Origin: a virus
Taxonomy: Duplodnaviria; Caudoviricetes
Strand: one strand, 5' to 3'
Length of the DNA stretch: 54,239 nucleotides
Virus record (IMG/VR): IMGVR_UViG_3300049070_000135
Location: 1-54,239 of that record
This document shows, in pieces, positions 1 to 8,672 of the stretch (position 1 is its first letter; every line of letters starts with the position of its first letter). The notes beneath the pieces are model-generated. The model saw only the letters and a program-made list of their open reading frames with translations, was not told the origin of the DNA and did no database searches. The position numbers and the translations under genes were made by a program.

Positions 1-199
1 GTGTTCTGCCAATGCGGCAGGCGGGGCGGCAAGGGGGGGTTGACTTCCACTAGTTAGAGATGTAGGGGGGTACTCTTTTCCCAGGAAATCCCCCTTTTTG
101 TACCCCCATACCCCACTTTTTCTACGGAAAAGGATTTTCCGGAACTCTTTTCTACTAATTTAGGGGTTTTAGGACACTTTAGGTCACTTTGCGTCACGT

Positions 200-228
200 T
201 TGACCCCTTTCCGCCCCCCCGGTACACT
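200..228 (+). promoter_or_regulatory. sigma70-type promoter for the terminase/late operon
   Basis: TTGACC (200-205) - 17 nt - TACACT (223-228), 35 nt upstream of ATG 264. Confidence 0.55.
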
Positions 229-263
229 AAACCCGTTCGCCAGTACCCAAGGGGACGTTCCCG

Positions 264-1094
264 ATGCCCGCGACAAAGAATCTTGTCAAGGACGCACACT
301 GGAAGGACCGCTACTACGTCCTGGCCTACGAACTGGCCCGGGACGGGTGCCCCAAAAAGGACATCCCGGCCGCCCTGGGGGTGCCGGAAACCCTGTGGGC
401 GAAGTGGGTCAGGAAGGACAAGACCCTTAGTACCGCCATCGAACGGGGGGCGAAGAAAAAGACCAACACGGGGCCGAAGACGGCCGACCCCGTGTTCCGC
501 TACGTCTACAGGCACCTGCCGCCGGATTTGCGCAGGGTGTGGAACCGGATCGAAAAGGCGTTCGGGGACGCGGCCGAATCGGGGGAACCCTTCGACCACG
601 AGGCGTTTTTGGAGGGCGTCATGATCGGGAAGGGGCTGCGCTGCCGGCAGCACCTCTACGTCCACGCCCTGGTCGCCAACAACTTCGACGGGAATAAAGC
701 CTGTTACATGACCGGGGTGTCGCACGCGGAAGTGGCGGCCTGGGCGGAACGGGACGAGGGGTTCCGGGAACTGTGCGCGGCGATCAAGACGATCAAGGCG
801 GACTTCGTCGAGGGGGCGGCGTTCAAGCTCATCAGCCGGGGCGACCCGACCACGACCGTGTTCGCCGCCAAGTGTCTGCTGGCCGACCGCGGGTGGAAGC
901 CGCCGCCCAAGGAGGTCAAGAACGAACATTCCGGGTCCACCGCACACCTGCACGCCGTCGTGGAAATCAGTGAAGAGGAACTGGAATCCATGACCCCGGA
1001 TGAAATCGAAACCGTACTGAACGCCAGGAAAGTGCTGCGGGCGGCGAAGGAACGCAAGCGGCTGCCGCCGAAGGTGGTGACGGATGCCGACTGA
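264..1094 (+). CDS. terS: terminase small subunit (probable)
   Basis: N-terminal HTH-like segment (KDIPAALGVPETLWAKW); 'GDPTTTVFAAK..RGW' segment typical of TerS; overlaps the terL start. Confidence 0.7.
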   Translation: MPATKNLVKDAHWKDRYYVLAYELARDGCPKKDIPAALGVPETLWAKWVRKDKTLSTAIERGAKKKTNTGPKTADPVFRYVYRHLPPDLRRVWNRIEKAFGDAAESGEPFDHEAFLEGVMIGKGLRCRQHLYVHALVANNFDGNKACYMTGVSHAEVAAWAERDEGFRELCAAIKTIKADFVEGAAFKLISRGDPTTTVFAAKCLLADRGWKPPPKEVKNEHSGSTAHLHAVVEISEEELESMTPDEIETVLNARKVLRAAKERKRLPPKVVTDAD

Positions 1095-2571
1095 GGCACA
1101 ACTGACTGCGAAGATGTGCCGGGCGTCCTACGCGCACTTCGTCCGCACCTTCTGGGGGGTGGTCGTCAAGGAGCCGCTGCGCTGGAACTGGCACATCCAA
1201 CTGGCGTGCGACGAACTTCAAAAGGGATACGAGCGTGTGTTCGCCTGGAAGCCTAAAGAGTATGACCTTGTTTTAAATCAAAGTCCAGGCACGACGAAGA
1301 GTATGGTTCACAGTGTCATGTCCGTCCCCTGGGCGTGGACGCGGATGCCCCACTTCCGCTTCCTGGGCGCGTCGTACAGCGGCTACCTGGCGGAGAAGTT
1401 GTCCATGTACGCCCGGGACGTCATCAAGTCGGAGTTGTACCAGGCGTGCTTCCCCCGCATCAAAATCCGTTCCGACAAGGACACACTGTCGCACTTCATC
1501 AACACCGATGGCGGGGAACGGTACGCGGTCGGGTCCGGGGGGTCGGCCACGGGTTTGATCCACGCCCACGCGCTGGGGCTGGACGACGTCATTAACCCCG
1601 AGCAGGCGTTGTCCGAGGCGGAGATGGCTTCGATCAACCACTGGATGGTCCACACGCTGCTGAACCGCAAGGTGGACAAGGAAGTCAGCTTCGTCCACGT
1701 CGTCGGCCAGCGGTTGGCCCAGGGCGACCCGTATGACGAGTTTCTGCGGGTGTCGCCCCGGGTCAAGCACTTCGTCATCCCCGCCGATTTGGACTACGAA
1801 GTCAAGCCGCCCGAACTCAAAGAATTCTACGTCGACGGGTTGATGGACCCGGTTCGCCTTTCCAAAGAGTCACTAGAAGAGGAAAAGAAGAAGGGCGACC
1901 ACTACTACGCGGGTCAGTTCGGCCAAAATCCTGTCCCGGCAGGGGGTGGCACGTTTAAGACTGCGTTGATACGTTGGGGGCGCCCGCCCGGCGTGTACAA
2001 AAAGGTCGTCCGCTTCTGGGACCGGGCGGGCACGTCCGAGATGGAGGCCAAGCGGCGCACGTCCTACACCGCCGGGGTCAAGATGGCCGAGGACACCGAA
2101 GGACGCTTCTGGGTGCTGGACGTCGTCCGCGGCCGGTGGGACAGTTGGTCACGCGAGCGGATGATCCGCCGCACCGCCATCCGCGACCGACGGATCACTA
2201 TCGTCGGCCAGGAGCAAGAACCCGGCAGCGGGGGCAAGGACCAGGTTCGCGGCAGCGCCCGGCGGCTGCGGGGGTTCCGGGTCGTGACCCTGGTCAGCCG
2301 GGGCAAGAAGGAAACCAGGGCGGAGGAGTTCAGCGTCCAGGTCAACGCCGGCAACGTCTGGCTGCCGGAACAGTTCCGCCAGGGTAACGACTGGACCGGC
2401 TGGGCGAAGGAATACATCGAAGAGTTACGGTACTGGCCCTTCGCCGCCTGGAAGGACCAGGGCGACGCCAGCGCCGGGGCGTTTTCGATCCTGGCCCGGG
2501 GCAACGTGTCGCTGGGGCCGATCCCCGACGACCCCAACGCCCCCGTAGACGCCGTGGCGCTGGGCGGGTAG
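1084..2571 (+). CDS. terL: terminase large subunit
   Basis: NWHI motif, Walker A-like LVLNQSPGTTKS, Walker B LGLDDV, GQRL, YAGQFGQNP, nuclease RFWDRA..., EQEPGSGG, DQGDA. Confidence 0.95.
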   Translation: MPTEAQLTAKMCRASYAHFVRTFWGVVVKEPLRWNWHIQLACDELQKGYERVFAWKPKEYDLVLNQSPGTTKSMVHSVMSVPWAWTRMPHFRFLGASYSGYLAEKLSMYARDVIKSELYQACFPRIKIRSDKDTLSHFINTDGGERYAVGSGGSATGLIHAHALGLDDVINPEQALSEAEMASINHWMVHTLLNRKVDKEVSFVHVVGQRLAQGDPYDEFLRVSPRVKHFVIPADLDYEVKPPELKEFYVDGLMDPVRLSKESLEEEKKKGDHYYAGQFGQNPVPAGGGTFKTALIRWGRPPGVYKKVVRFWDRAGTSEMEAKRRTSYTAGVKMAEDTEGRFWVLDVVRGRWDSWSRERMIRRTAIRDRRITIVGQEQEPGSGGKDQVRGSARRLRGFRVVTLVSRGKKETRAEEFSVQVNAGNVWLPEQFRQGNDWTGWAKEYIEELRYWPFAAWKDQGDASAGAFSILARGNVSLGPIPDDPNAPVDAVALGG

Positions 2572-2610
2572 TATGGGGCCGTCGGGACACCACCACCGGG
2601 GGGGACGGCA

Positions 2611-3267
2611 ATGCCACTTTACGAACGACTCGCCCACACACAAGAGCCGTTCATCACGCTCCACGAGTTCGCGTCCTTCGTGGGGGAAATCCTGGCCGGC
2701 AACTTCGACGTCGCCGGCGCGGCCGCCAAGTTCAACCTGGACGCGGGCGAACAGGCGGAACTGACGACGCTTTTGGGCAAGCTGACCGAGCCGCCCGAGT
2801 TCTACCCGCTGGGGGGCCTGGTCACGCTGACCAACGTCGGCGCCGCCTACGACGGGATCGCCGCCGCCAAGGGGTTGGGCTTCGTCGGCGTCAACGTCGA
2901 GGGCATTACCGAGGTTATCTTCCGGGTGCGGTACAACAAGGTCGGCACCGGCACGCTTTCGTGGCAGTTGTGGAACGAGACCGAGGGCCAGGAGGTCGGC
3001 GTCATCAACGACGCCGCGGCGGCCGGTGACAACAAGGACCAGTCGGTCACGGTCACGCCCGGCGCGCCCCTGACGGGCGGCGTCAAGCTGCTGCGCCCCC
3101 GGGTGAAGTCCACCGTCGCCGCGGACGACCCGGTCTACTACGGCAGTTGCCTGCTGGTCCGAAGGGCCAGGCGCCCGACCAGTTTCGGCCTGCACGAACT
3201 GCTCATGCTACTGCACCACGGCAACTACACGGTCGCCGGGTTCAAGGCCCGCCTGGGGGTGACGTAA
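2611..3267 (+). CDS. hypothetical virion-associated protein
   Basis: GGGGGA RBS, high-GC3 codons, in late operon. Confidence 0.7.
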   Translation: MPLYERLAHTQEPFITLHEFASFVGEILAGNFDVAGAAAKFNLDAGEQAELTTLLGKLTEPPEFYPLGGLVTLTNVGAAYDGIAAAKGLGFVGVNVEGITEVIFRVRYNKVGTGTLSWQLWNETEGQEVGVINDAAAAGDNKDQSVTVTPGAPLTGGVKLLRPRVKSTVAADDPVYYGSCLLVRRARRPTSFGLHELLMLLHHGNYTVAGFKARLGVT

Positions 3268-3268
3268 C

Positions 3269-4567
3269 TTGGCGTTCCCCGACCCCGCCATCGTCACGAC
3301 CGTCCAGCCGACGACGAACACCACGGCGTCGATCACCGGGCTTTCGTTCGCGCCGACCGTGTTGAAGTTGTTCTGGAACGGCAGGACGGCGGACGGGGGC
3401 GCCGCCGACTGTTCGACCGGCATCGGCTTCGCGGCCAACACGCCGGGCGAGGGCACGACCCAGGCGGCGCTGTGGACGACCAGCGACGACAACGTGCCGA
3501 CCAGCGTGGTCAACGGCCGGGTGACGGCCTCGGCCTGCGTCCTCATCACCGCCCCCGACGGCACCGTGTTGGGCAGTGCCGTCGTGTCCAGTTGGAACAG
3601 CGACGGCGTGACGCTCACGTGGTCCAACGTGGACGGCGTGCAGCGACTCGTCAACGTCGTTTGCGAGGGCGGCGACCAGGTGGGCAAGGCGGGCGCCACG
3701 GCCCGGCCCACGGCCACGGGCAACCAGACGGTGACGGTCGGCGCCTTCACCCCGGCCGCGATGTTGGCGGCGACGGCCGGCGACTTCGCCACGGCGCTGG
3801 ACACCAACTTCGTCAACAGTTGCAGCGTCGTCCTGGGGTGTACGGACGGCAGCGGGCAGTGGGCGACGGGCTGGGGCGAGCGGCACGGGCGCGCCGACGG
3901 CGACGGGCTGTCCTACATGCGGCTCGACCAGATGCTCGCCGCCTTCGACGCCGGCGCCGGCGTCATGGCCGAGGCCAACTGGGTCAGCTTCGATTCCACC
4001 AGCGGCGGCCGGTTCACGGTCAACTGGACGGTCGTGAACACGCGGGCGGGCTACTACATCTGGCTGGCCCTGGGCGGCACGGGCATGTCCTACAAGCAGG
4101 GCATGGTGGCCGCCGACACGGATGCGGGCGGCCAGTCCGTCACCGGGGTCGGCTTCCGCCCGCAGGCGGGGCAGTTCGCCAGCATCCGGGACACGACGAA
4201 CTTCGTGTTGAGCAGTAAGCTGTCCCTCGGCGCGGCGGTGTCTTCTAGCCAGCGGTTCGCCCTGTCCGCGTTCGGCGAGTTCGGCGCGGCCACGCTCAAC
4301 GAATCGCAGTATTTGAAGCGCGACAAGGTGATGCTATTCGGCGCGCCGTCGCACGGTTCGCCCACGCTCGACGGCGAGGCGGATTTTACCAGTTGGGACA
4401 GTGACGGCTATACGTGGAACTGGACCGACGCCAGCCCGGCCGCGTACTTCATGGTCTATTTCGTCTACAAGGGCACGGCGGCGGCCGCCCAGGACGCGCC
4501 CGAACTGCGGGGCAGGCCGATGGGTCTGCGGGGCCAGCAGCACATGAACCAGCTACTCTCACAATAG
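3269..4567 (+). CDS. Gly/Thr/Ala-rich beta-structured virion (fibre/spike-like) protein
   Basis: TTG start 1 nt after upstream stop; repeated 'G.Q.VT.G.F.P' and 'SWDSDG.T..W' units. Confidence 0.65.
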   Translation: MAFPDPAIVTTVQPTTNTTASITGLSFAPTVLKLFWNGRTADGGAADCSTGIGFAANTPGEGTTQAALWTTSDDNVPTSVVNGRVTASACVLITAPDGTVLGSAVVSSWNSDGVTLTWSNVDGVQRLVNVVCEGGDQVGKAGATARPTATGNQTVTVGAFTPAAMLAATAGDFATALDTNFVNSCSVVLGCTDGSGQWATGWGERHGRADGDGLSYMRLDQMLAAFDAGAGVMAEANWVSFDSTSGGRFTVNWTVVNTRAGYYIWLALGGTGMSYKQGMVAADTDAGGQSVTGVGFRPQAGQFASIRDTTNFVLSSKLSLGAAVSSSQRFALSAFGEFGAATLNESQYLKRDKVMLFGAPSHGSPTLDGEADFTSWDSDGYTWNWTDASPAAYFMVYFVYKGTAAAAQDAPELRGRPMGLRGQQHMNQLLSQ

Positions 4568-4576
4568 GGGGCCGAC

Positions 4577-5077
4577 GTGGGACGCATCACGGTACTCAAG
4601 GGCGAAAACCAGACGCTTAGCACCGGCAGCGTCCTGGCCGCCGTCCGCACCGCCGCCGCCAACGCCGCCGCGGCCCGGGTCAAGATCAAGCGGCTGGAGA
4701 TTTCCCAATCGGGCAGTACCACGCTGGCCATGATCCGCGGCGAGATCGCCACCCGCGACACGGCCGGCACCCTGACCATGACCAGTTTGGCGCCGACCAA
4801 CCTCCGCCCCGTCAACGGGCCGGCTTCCGGCCTGTCGGGCAACACCGCCCCGGCCGGCGGCGCGGGGCGGTCGGGCGTCACGTCCACGGCCGACAGCGGG
4901 GGCACTTACACCAGCCTGTTCCCGTTCAACTTCGCCAACACGGCGGGCTACCTGTACAAGCCCGCCCCCGACGAGGAGATCACGATCCCCGCGGACACGC
5001 TGTTCGTCGTCCGGTTCGTGGCGGCGCCCGGCACCCTGACGGGGTGGACCTTCACCCTGGAACTTGAGGAGGAGTGA
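4577..5077 (+). CDS. hypothetical virion protein
   Basis: GTG start with AGGGGG RBS; typical codon bias. Confidence 0.7.
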   Translation: MGRITVLKGENQTLSTGSVLAAVRTAAANAAAARVKIKRLEISQSGSTTLAMIRGEIATRDTAGTLTMTSLAPTNLRPVNGPASGLSGNTAPAGGAGRSGVTSTADSGGTYTSLFPFNFANTAGYLYKPAPDEEITIPADTLFVVRFVAAPGTLTGWTFTLELEEE

Positions 5078-5078
5078 C

Positions 5079-5261
5079 ATGACGGTCGAAGAGGTTCTGG
5101 CGGAACTGCGGGGCAGGGACACCAAGAAGGCCCGGGAGGTCCAGGCCGCGCTGGAGCGGTTCAGCCCCGGCAGCGAGGTGGACGGGGACGCCGACGACCT
5201 GCTGGCCGCCGGCCCCAACAAGATTCGCATGAACGCCAAGGGCAAGGTCGTAACGGAGTAG
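5079..5261 (+). CDS. small hypothetical protein
   Basis: GAGGAG RBS, ATG 5079, tightly packed between neighbours. Confidence 0.6.
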   Translation: MTVEEVLAELRGRDTKKAREVQAALERFSPGSEVDGDADDLLAAGPNKIRMNAKGKVVTE

Positions 5262-5265
5262 TCGC

Positions 5266-6261
5266 GTGTCGCTGTACCGCCCGCTGCCGGTCCACCCGCC
5301 ACACCAGCCGCAGACGGCCCGGGAAGTCCCCCCGACCCTCGCCGTCCAGACCCAGAGTCTTTCCGGCGGCGTGACCGCGTCCGGGGCGCTGGCGAAGGCC
5401 GCCGCCAAACCCCTGACCGGCGGCGTGACCGCGTCCGGGGCGTTGTCGAAGTCGGTGGCGAAGGCGCTGTCCGGGTCCGTGACCGCGTCCGGGGCGCTGG
5501 CGAAGGCCGTATTGAAGTCCCTGACCGGGTCCGTGACCGGGTCGGGGGCGTTGTCGAAGTTGGCGTCCAAGTCCCTGACCGGTTCGGCCACGGCCGCCGG
5601 GGCGATCACGAAGGCGGTGGCGAAGTCGTTCGGCGGTTCCGCGACCGGTTCCGGGACTTTGGAGGCGATCAAGGTCATCCTCCAATCCCTGTCCGGTTCC
5701 GTCACCGCGGCGGGAACCCTGACCAGGGCGGTCCTGAAACCCCTGTCCGGTTCGGTTACGGGGGCCGGTGTCGTTGCGAAGGCGGTCTTCAAATCCCTGA
5801 CCGGGTCCGTGACGGGGTCGGGCGTGCTGACCCCCCTGCGGGTCATCCTCCAATCCCTGTCCGGTTCCGTCACCGCGGCGGGAACCCTGACCAGGGCGGT
5901 CCTGAAACCCCTGTCCGGGTCCGCCACGGGGTCGGGCACGACCGCACAGGCCGTGGGAAAAATTTTGTCGGGATCGGCGGCGGGGACTGGCGTACTGGCC
6001 GGGGGGTTGTCTATAGTGTTGGCAGGGGCGGTCACGGCCGCCGGCGCCCTGACCCGGGCCGTTGCCAAATCCCTGACCGGCCTGGTGACGGCCGCCGGCG
6101 CCCTGACCCGGACGTTCAACGGCGAGTCCCTGGCCGACCCGACCCGGGTGTTCACGATCCCCGGGGACTACGTCCACCCGACCGTGTCCGGGTCTTACGG
6201 TTCCGACGTCGTGGCTGGTGAGTCTGTAGACCACGTCCTGTCCGGGGACGCCCAGAACTAG
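5266..6261 (+). CDS. 18-residue repeat fibre-like protein
   Basis: about 14 copies of (S/P)L(S/T)GSVT(A/G)(S/A)GAL.(K/R)AV.K. Confidence 0.8.
   Translation: MSLYRPLPVHPPHQPQTAREVPPTLAVQTQSLSGGVTASGALAKAAAKPLTGGVTASGALSKSVAKALSGSVTASGALAKAVLKSLTGSVTGSGALSKLASKSLTGSATAAGAITKAVAKSFGGSATGSGTLEAIKVILQSLSGSVTAAGTLTRAVLKPLSGSVTGAGVVAKAVFKSLTGSVTGSGVLTPLRVILQSLSGSVTAAGTLTRAVLKPLSGSATGSGTTAQAVGKILSGSAAGTGVLAGGLSIVLAGAVTAAGALTRAVAKSLTGLVTAAGALTRTFNGESLADPTRVFTIPGDYVHPTVSGSYGSDVVAGESVDHVLSGDAQN
5356..6123 (+). repeat. 54-bp coding tandem repeat including an exact 78-bp duplication
   Basis: 54-nt period; 5673-5750 is identical to 5841-5918. Confidence 0.85.
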
Positions 6262-6272
6262 GAGGACCGGGT

Positions 6273-7070
6273 ATGGCGAGTATGACGACCGGCGGCAGGT
6301 GTACCGCGTCCGGCGATCTCAGCCTAAAAGTAACTACCCCCGGGGACAGGGTCCGGGCCGTCCGCAAAAAGGTCCGCCGCTGGAAGGCCCGCCAGTTCTT
6401 CCGCTACGGCTGGCGGGAAGTGCCCCTGTGGCTGTTCCTGGCCGCCTTCCCCCTTTTGAAGTTTCTCATCCCCGGACTGAACACCAACGTCGGCCGCCTG
6501 TACGCCAGGGTCGTCCGCAACCTGCCCGACGTGCCCGACGGCTGGACGTTCGTGTGCGTGTTCGGCCCCCCAGGGTCGTTAGCCCTTCGTTACGAGACCG
6601 ACGAGGGTTACACCGTTGACATCGGATTGGACAGCCCGCGCTGCCGGGAGGCCGGGACTTACGTCGAAGACTACGGGCTGGTCGGCATCCACTTGGTCGT
6701 CACCGCCGGCAAGAACTACCTCGCCAGTTCCCTCGCCAACAGCGTCGAACCGGAAGACCTCCGATACCACGGTTACGGCCTGGGCACCACGGCCGCCGCC
6801 GCGGGCAACACGGCGTTGGAGACGGAACTGACGACACAGTACAGCACGAACAGCACGCGCCCCACGGGCAGCCAGGCGACCAGTACAAACACCTACACGA
6901 CCGTCGCCACCGTCACGCCCGACGCCGCGGTGGCCGTGACCGAGTGGGGGCTGCACAGCCAGGCGGCCGTGCCGGGCGGCACGCTGCTGGACCGGCAGGT
7001 GTTCAGTGCGATCAACCTGAACGGGACCGGGGACTCACTCCAAACGACCTACGTGTTCACCCAGAACTGA
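6273..7070 (+). CDS. tail/collar fibre attachment-type protein
   Basis: LVVTAGKNYLA...GTTAAAAGNTALETEL...VTEWGL...LLDRQVFSAIN...DSLQTTY resembles phage fibre N-terminal (DUF3751-like) domains; GGAGG RBS. Confidence 0.6.
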   Translation: MASMTTGGRCTASGDLSLKVTTPGDRVRAVRKKVRRWKARQFFRYGWREVPLWLFLAAFPLLKFLIPGLNTNVGRLYARVVRNLPDVPDGWTFVCVFGPPGSLALRYETDEGYTVDIGLDSPRCREAGTYVEDYGLVGIHLVVTAGKNYLASSLANSVEPEDLRYHGYGLGTTAAAAGNTALETELTTQYSTNSTRPTGSQATSTNTYTTVATVTPDAAVAVTEWGLHSQAAVPGGTLLDRQVFSAINLNGTGDSLQTTYVFTQN

Positions 7071-7095
7071 CCGTAGGCGGGAACGGGAGGAAACG

Positions 7096-7422
7096 ATGAA
7101 GACCTGGCTAACCGTCCGGCTGGAGGACGACGAACTGACCGTCCGCGCCTACGGCCGGCAGGAGTTCACCGACGGCGAGGGCAACGACTACGTCGTCAAC
7201 GAGTCCGTCGAGGTCGAACTGACCAAGGCGGCCGAGGACGCCCTGCGCAAGTCCCTGAAGGACAGCGAAGGTAACGTCAAGCGGGCGCTGTCCCGGGCGT
7301 CGGCCCGGACGCAGTCGGCCGTCGAGGACGCTTTGGAAAAACAGGGGATCGTGCAAAAGGCCGCCGGCGCCGCGAAGAAGGTCTTCCGGGGCAAGGTGAC
7401 GGGCAAGGGTGAGGTGAAATAA
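7096..7422 (+). CDS. hypothetical protein
   Basis: GGAGG RBS, codon bias. Confidence 0.7.
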   Translation: MKTWLTVRLEDDELTVRAYGRQEFTDGEGNDYVVNESVEVELTKAAEDALRKSLKDSEGNVKRALSRASARTQSAVEDALEKQGIVQKAAGAAKKVFRGKVTGKGEVK

Positions 7423-7425
7423 CCC

Positions 7426-7767
7426 GTGGCCGCCGACCAGTACATCAAGCTGGCGCCCAAAGAGTCGTTGAAAGTCGTTGTCGAAATGGCGGACGGCACG
7501 CCCGACATGACCGGCTGGACGGTCGTCTTCAACCTCCTGGCCCGGGATGTGGACAGCACGGTCGTCCTGACCCGCAGCACGCCGACCGACGTGGTGATCG
7601 ACAACGCGGCCACGCCCAAGACGGTGACGTTGAACACGATCAGCCGGGGCACGCTGAACCTGGCGGGCGTCCAGAAGGGTGACTTTTACAACTTCGAGTT
7701 CCTCCGGACCGACAGCGGCGCCGAAAAGCGTCTGGCCCAGGGCGCGGTGGAACTGACCAAGTGGTGA
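7426..7767 (+). CDS. BppU-N-like / Ig-like virion adaptor protein
   Basis: GAGGTG RBS; 'DGTPDMTGWTVVF...FYNFEF..RLAQG.V' pattern. Confidence 0.5.
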   Translation: MAADQYIKLAPKESLKVVVEMADGTPDMTGWTVVFNLLARDVDSTVVLTRSTPTDVVIDNAATPKTVTLNTISRGTLNLAGVQKGDFYNFEFLRTDSGAEKRLAQGAVELTKW

Positions 7768-7770
7768 GAC

Positions 7771-8070
7771 ATGAACCGAAGAAACTTCGTCCGGGGGGTC
7801 GTGTCGGGCGTCGCTGGGTTGTTCGGCCTGGGGCGTGTCACGCAGCGAGCACGACCGGCCGAATTGCCCAGGGGAGTGGATGTCCGCACCGGCCCCCCGG
7901 ACGTTTGCTGCGAAACGGACTGTTCCCACCAGTTCGTTTCGATGGCGTCGAAGCCCTGGCGGACTAAGTGGATAAAGAAACTTCGCCCGGAGGGTTTTGG
8001 TCATGGCCAGGTATTCCAAGAAGGCCAAGACGAAAATCGCCAAAACCATGCGGGAGTACAAGAAGGGTAA
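7771..8070 (+). CDS. small protein with twin-arginine-like signal peptide
   Basis: MNRRNFVRGVVSGVAGLFGLG; 3' end overlaps next gene by 68 nt. Confidence 0.45.
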   Translation: MNRRNFVRGVVSGVAGLFGLGRVTQRARPAELPRGVDVRTGPPDVCCETDCSHQFVSMASKPWRTKWIKKLRPEGFGHGQVFQEGQDENRQNHAGVQEG

Positions 8071-8200
8071 ACTCCGCAGCGGGTCCAAGCGCGGCCCGAA
8101 GGTCAAGTCCCGCCGGCAGGCCGTGGCCATAGCGATTAACCAAGCCCGCCGGAAGGGCTACAAAACGCCTAAGAGACGCAAAGGCCGCAAAAAGGGGTGA
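8003..8200 (+). CDS. DUF6496-like small basic protein
   Basis: MARYSKKAKTKIAKTMREYKKGKLRSG...KVKSRRQAVAIAINQARRKG; GGAGG RBS. Confidence 0.8.
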   Translation: MARYSKKAKTKIAKTMREYKKGKLRSGSKRGPKVKSRRQAVAIAINQARRKGYKTPKRRKGRKKG

Positions 8201-8203
8201 TTC

Positions 8204-8374
8204 ATGTTGGAAGTTCTCCTTATCGTCCTGCTGGTCCTGCTGCTGCTGGGCGGCGGCGGGGCGTACTACCGCCGGGCGGACTGGGGTCCGGCCCCGGCCG
8301 GCCTGATCCTGGTCGTCGTGCTGCTGGTGGTTCTGCTGCTGGCCTGGCGCCCCTGGGGCGTCGTCGTCCGCTAG
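8204..8374 (+). CDS. 56-aa two-TM membrane protein (DUF3309-like); absent from the ORF track
   Basis: MLEVLLIVLLVLLLLGGGGAYYRRADWGPAPAGLILVVVLLVVLLLAWRPWGVVVR; GGGGTGA RBS. Confidence 0.75.
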   Translation: MLEVLLIVLLVLLLLGGGGAYYRRADWGPAPAGLILVVVLLVVLLLAWRPWGVVVR

Positions 8375-8435
8375 GGGGTGGTAATTGTCCGCCATCGACA
8401 CGACCACGTTCCGCAACACGAAGTGGAGTACCAAG

Positions 8436-8672
8436 ATGCCCCATAGCAGTAACGTCAACGATCCGGTTGGGCAATTCAACCGGAACGTCCTGAAAGTCCT
8501 GGGGCTGCCCGACGACCTGAAGTGCCGGAAGGTCGTCCTGACCTGCGAGATAGACAACCCGCCGAAGATCGAATTAGAACTGATCGAGTACGAAAAGAAG
8601 GAATTGGACGGCCTCGCGGGGGCCGTCGCGTCCCTGAAGTCCGACCGCCCCGTCGTCAAGGTTTGTGAGTGA
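8436..8672 (+). CDS. hypothetical protein
   Basis: GGAG RBS, TGATG overlap with the portal gene. Confidence 0.6.
   Translation: MPHSSNVNDPVGQFNRNVLKVLGLPDDLKCRKVVLTCEIDNPPKIELELIEYEKKELDGLAGAVASLKSDRPVVKVCE

Noticed and set aside
40-68. Promoter at TTGACT (40-45)
   Set aside because: No acceptable -10 hexamer at 16-18 nt spacing.
5356-6123. CRISPR array
   Set aside because: The repeats are contiguous, in-frame and coding, with no unique spacers.
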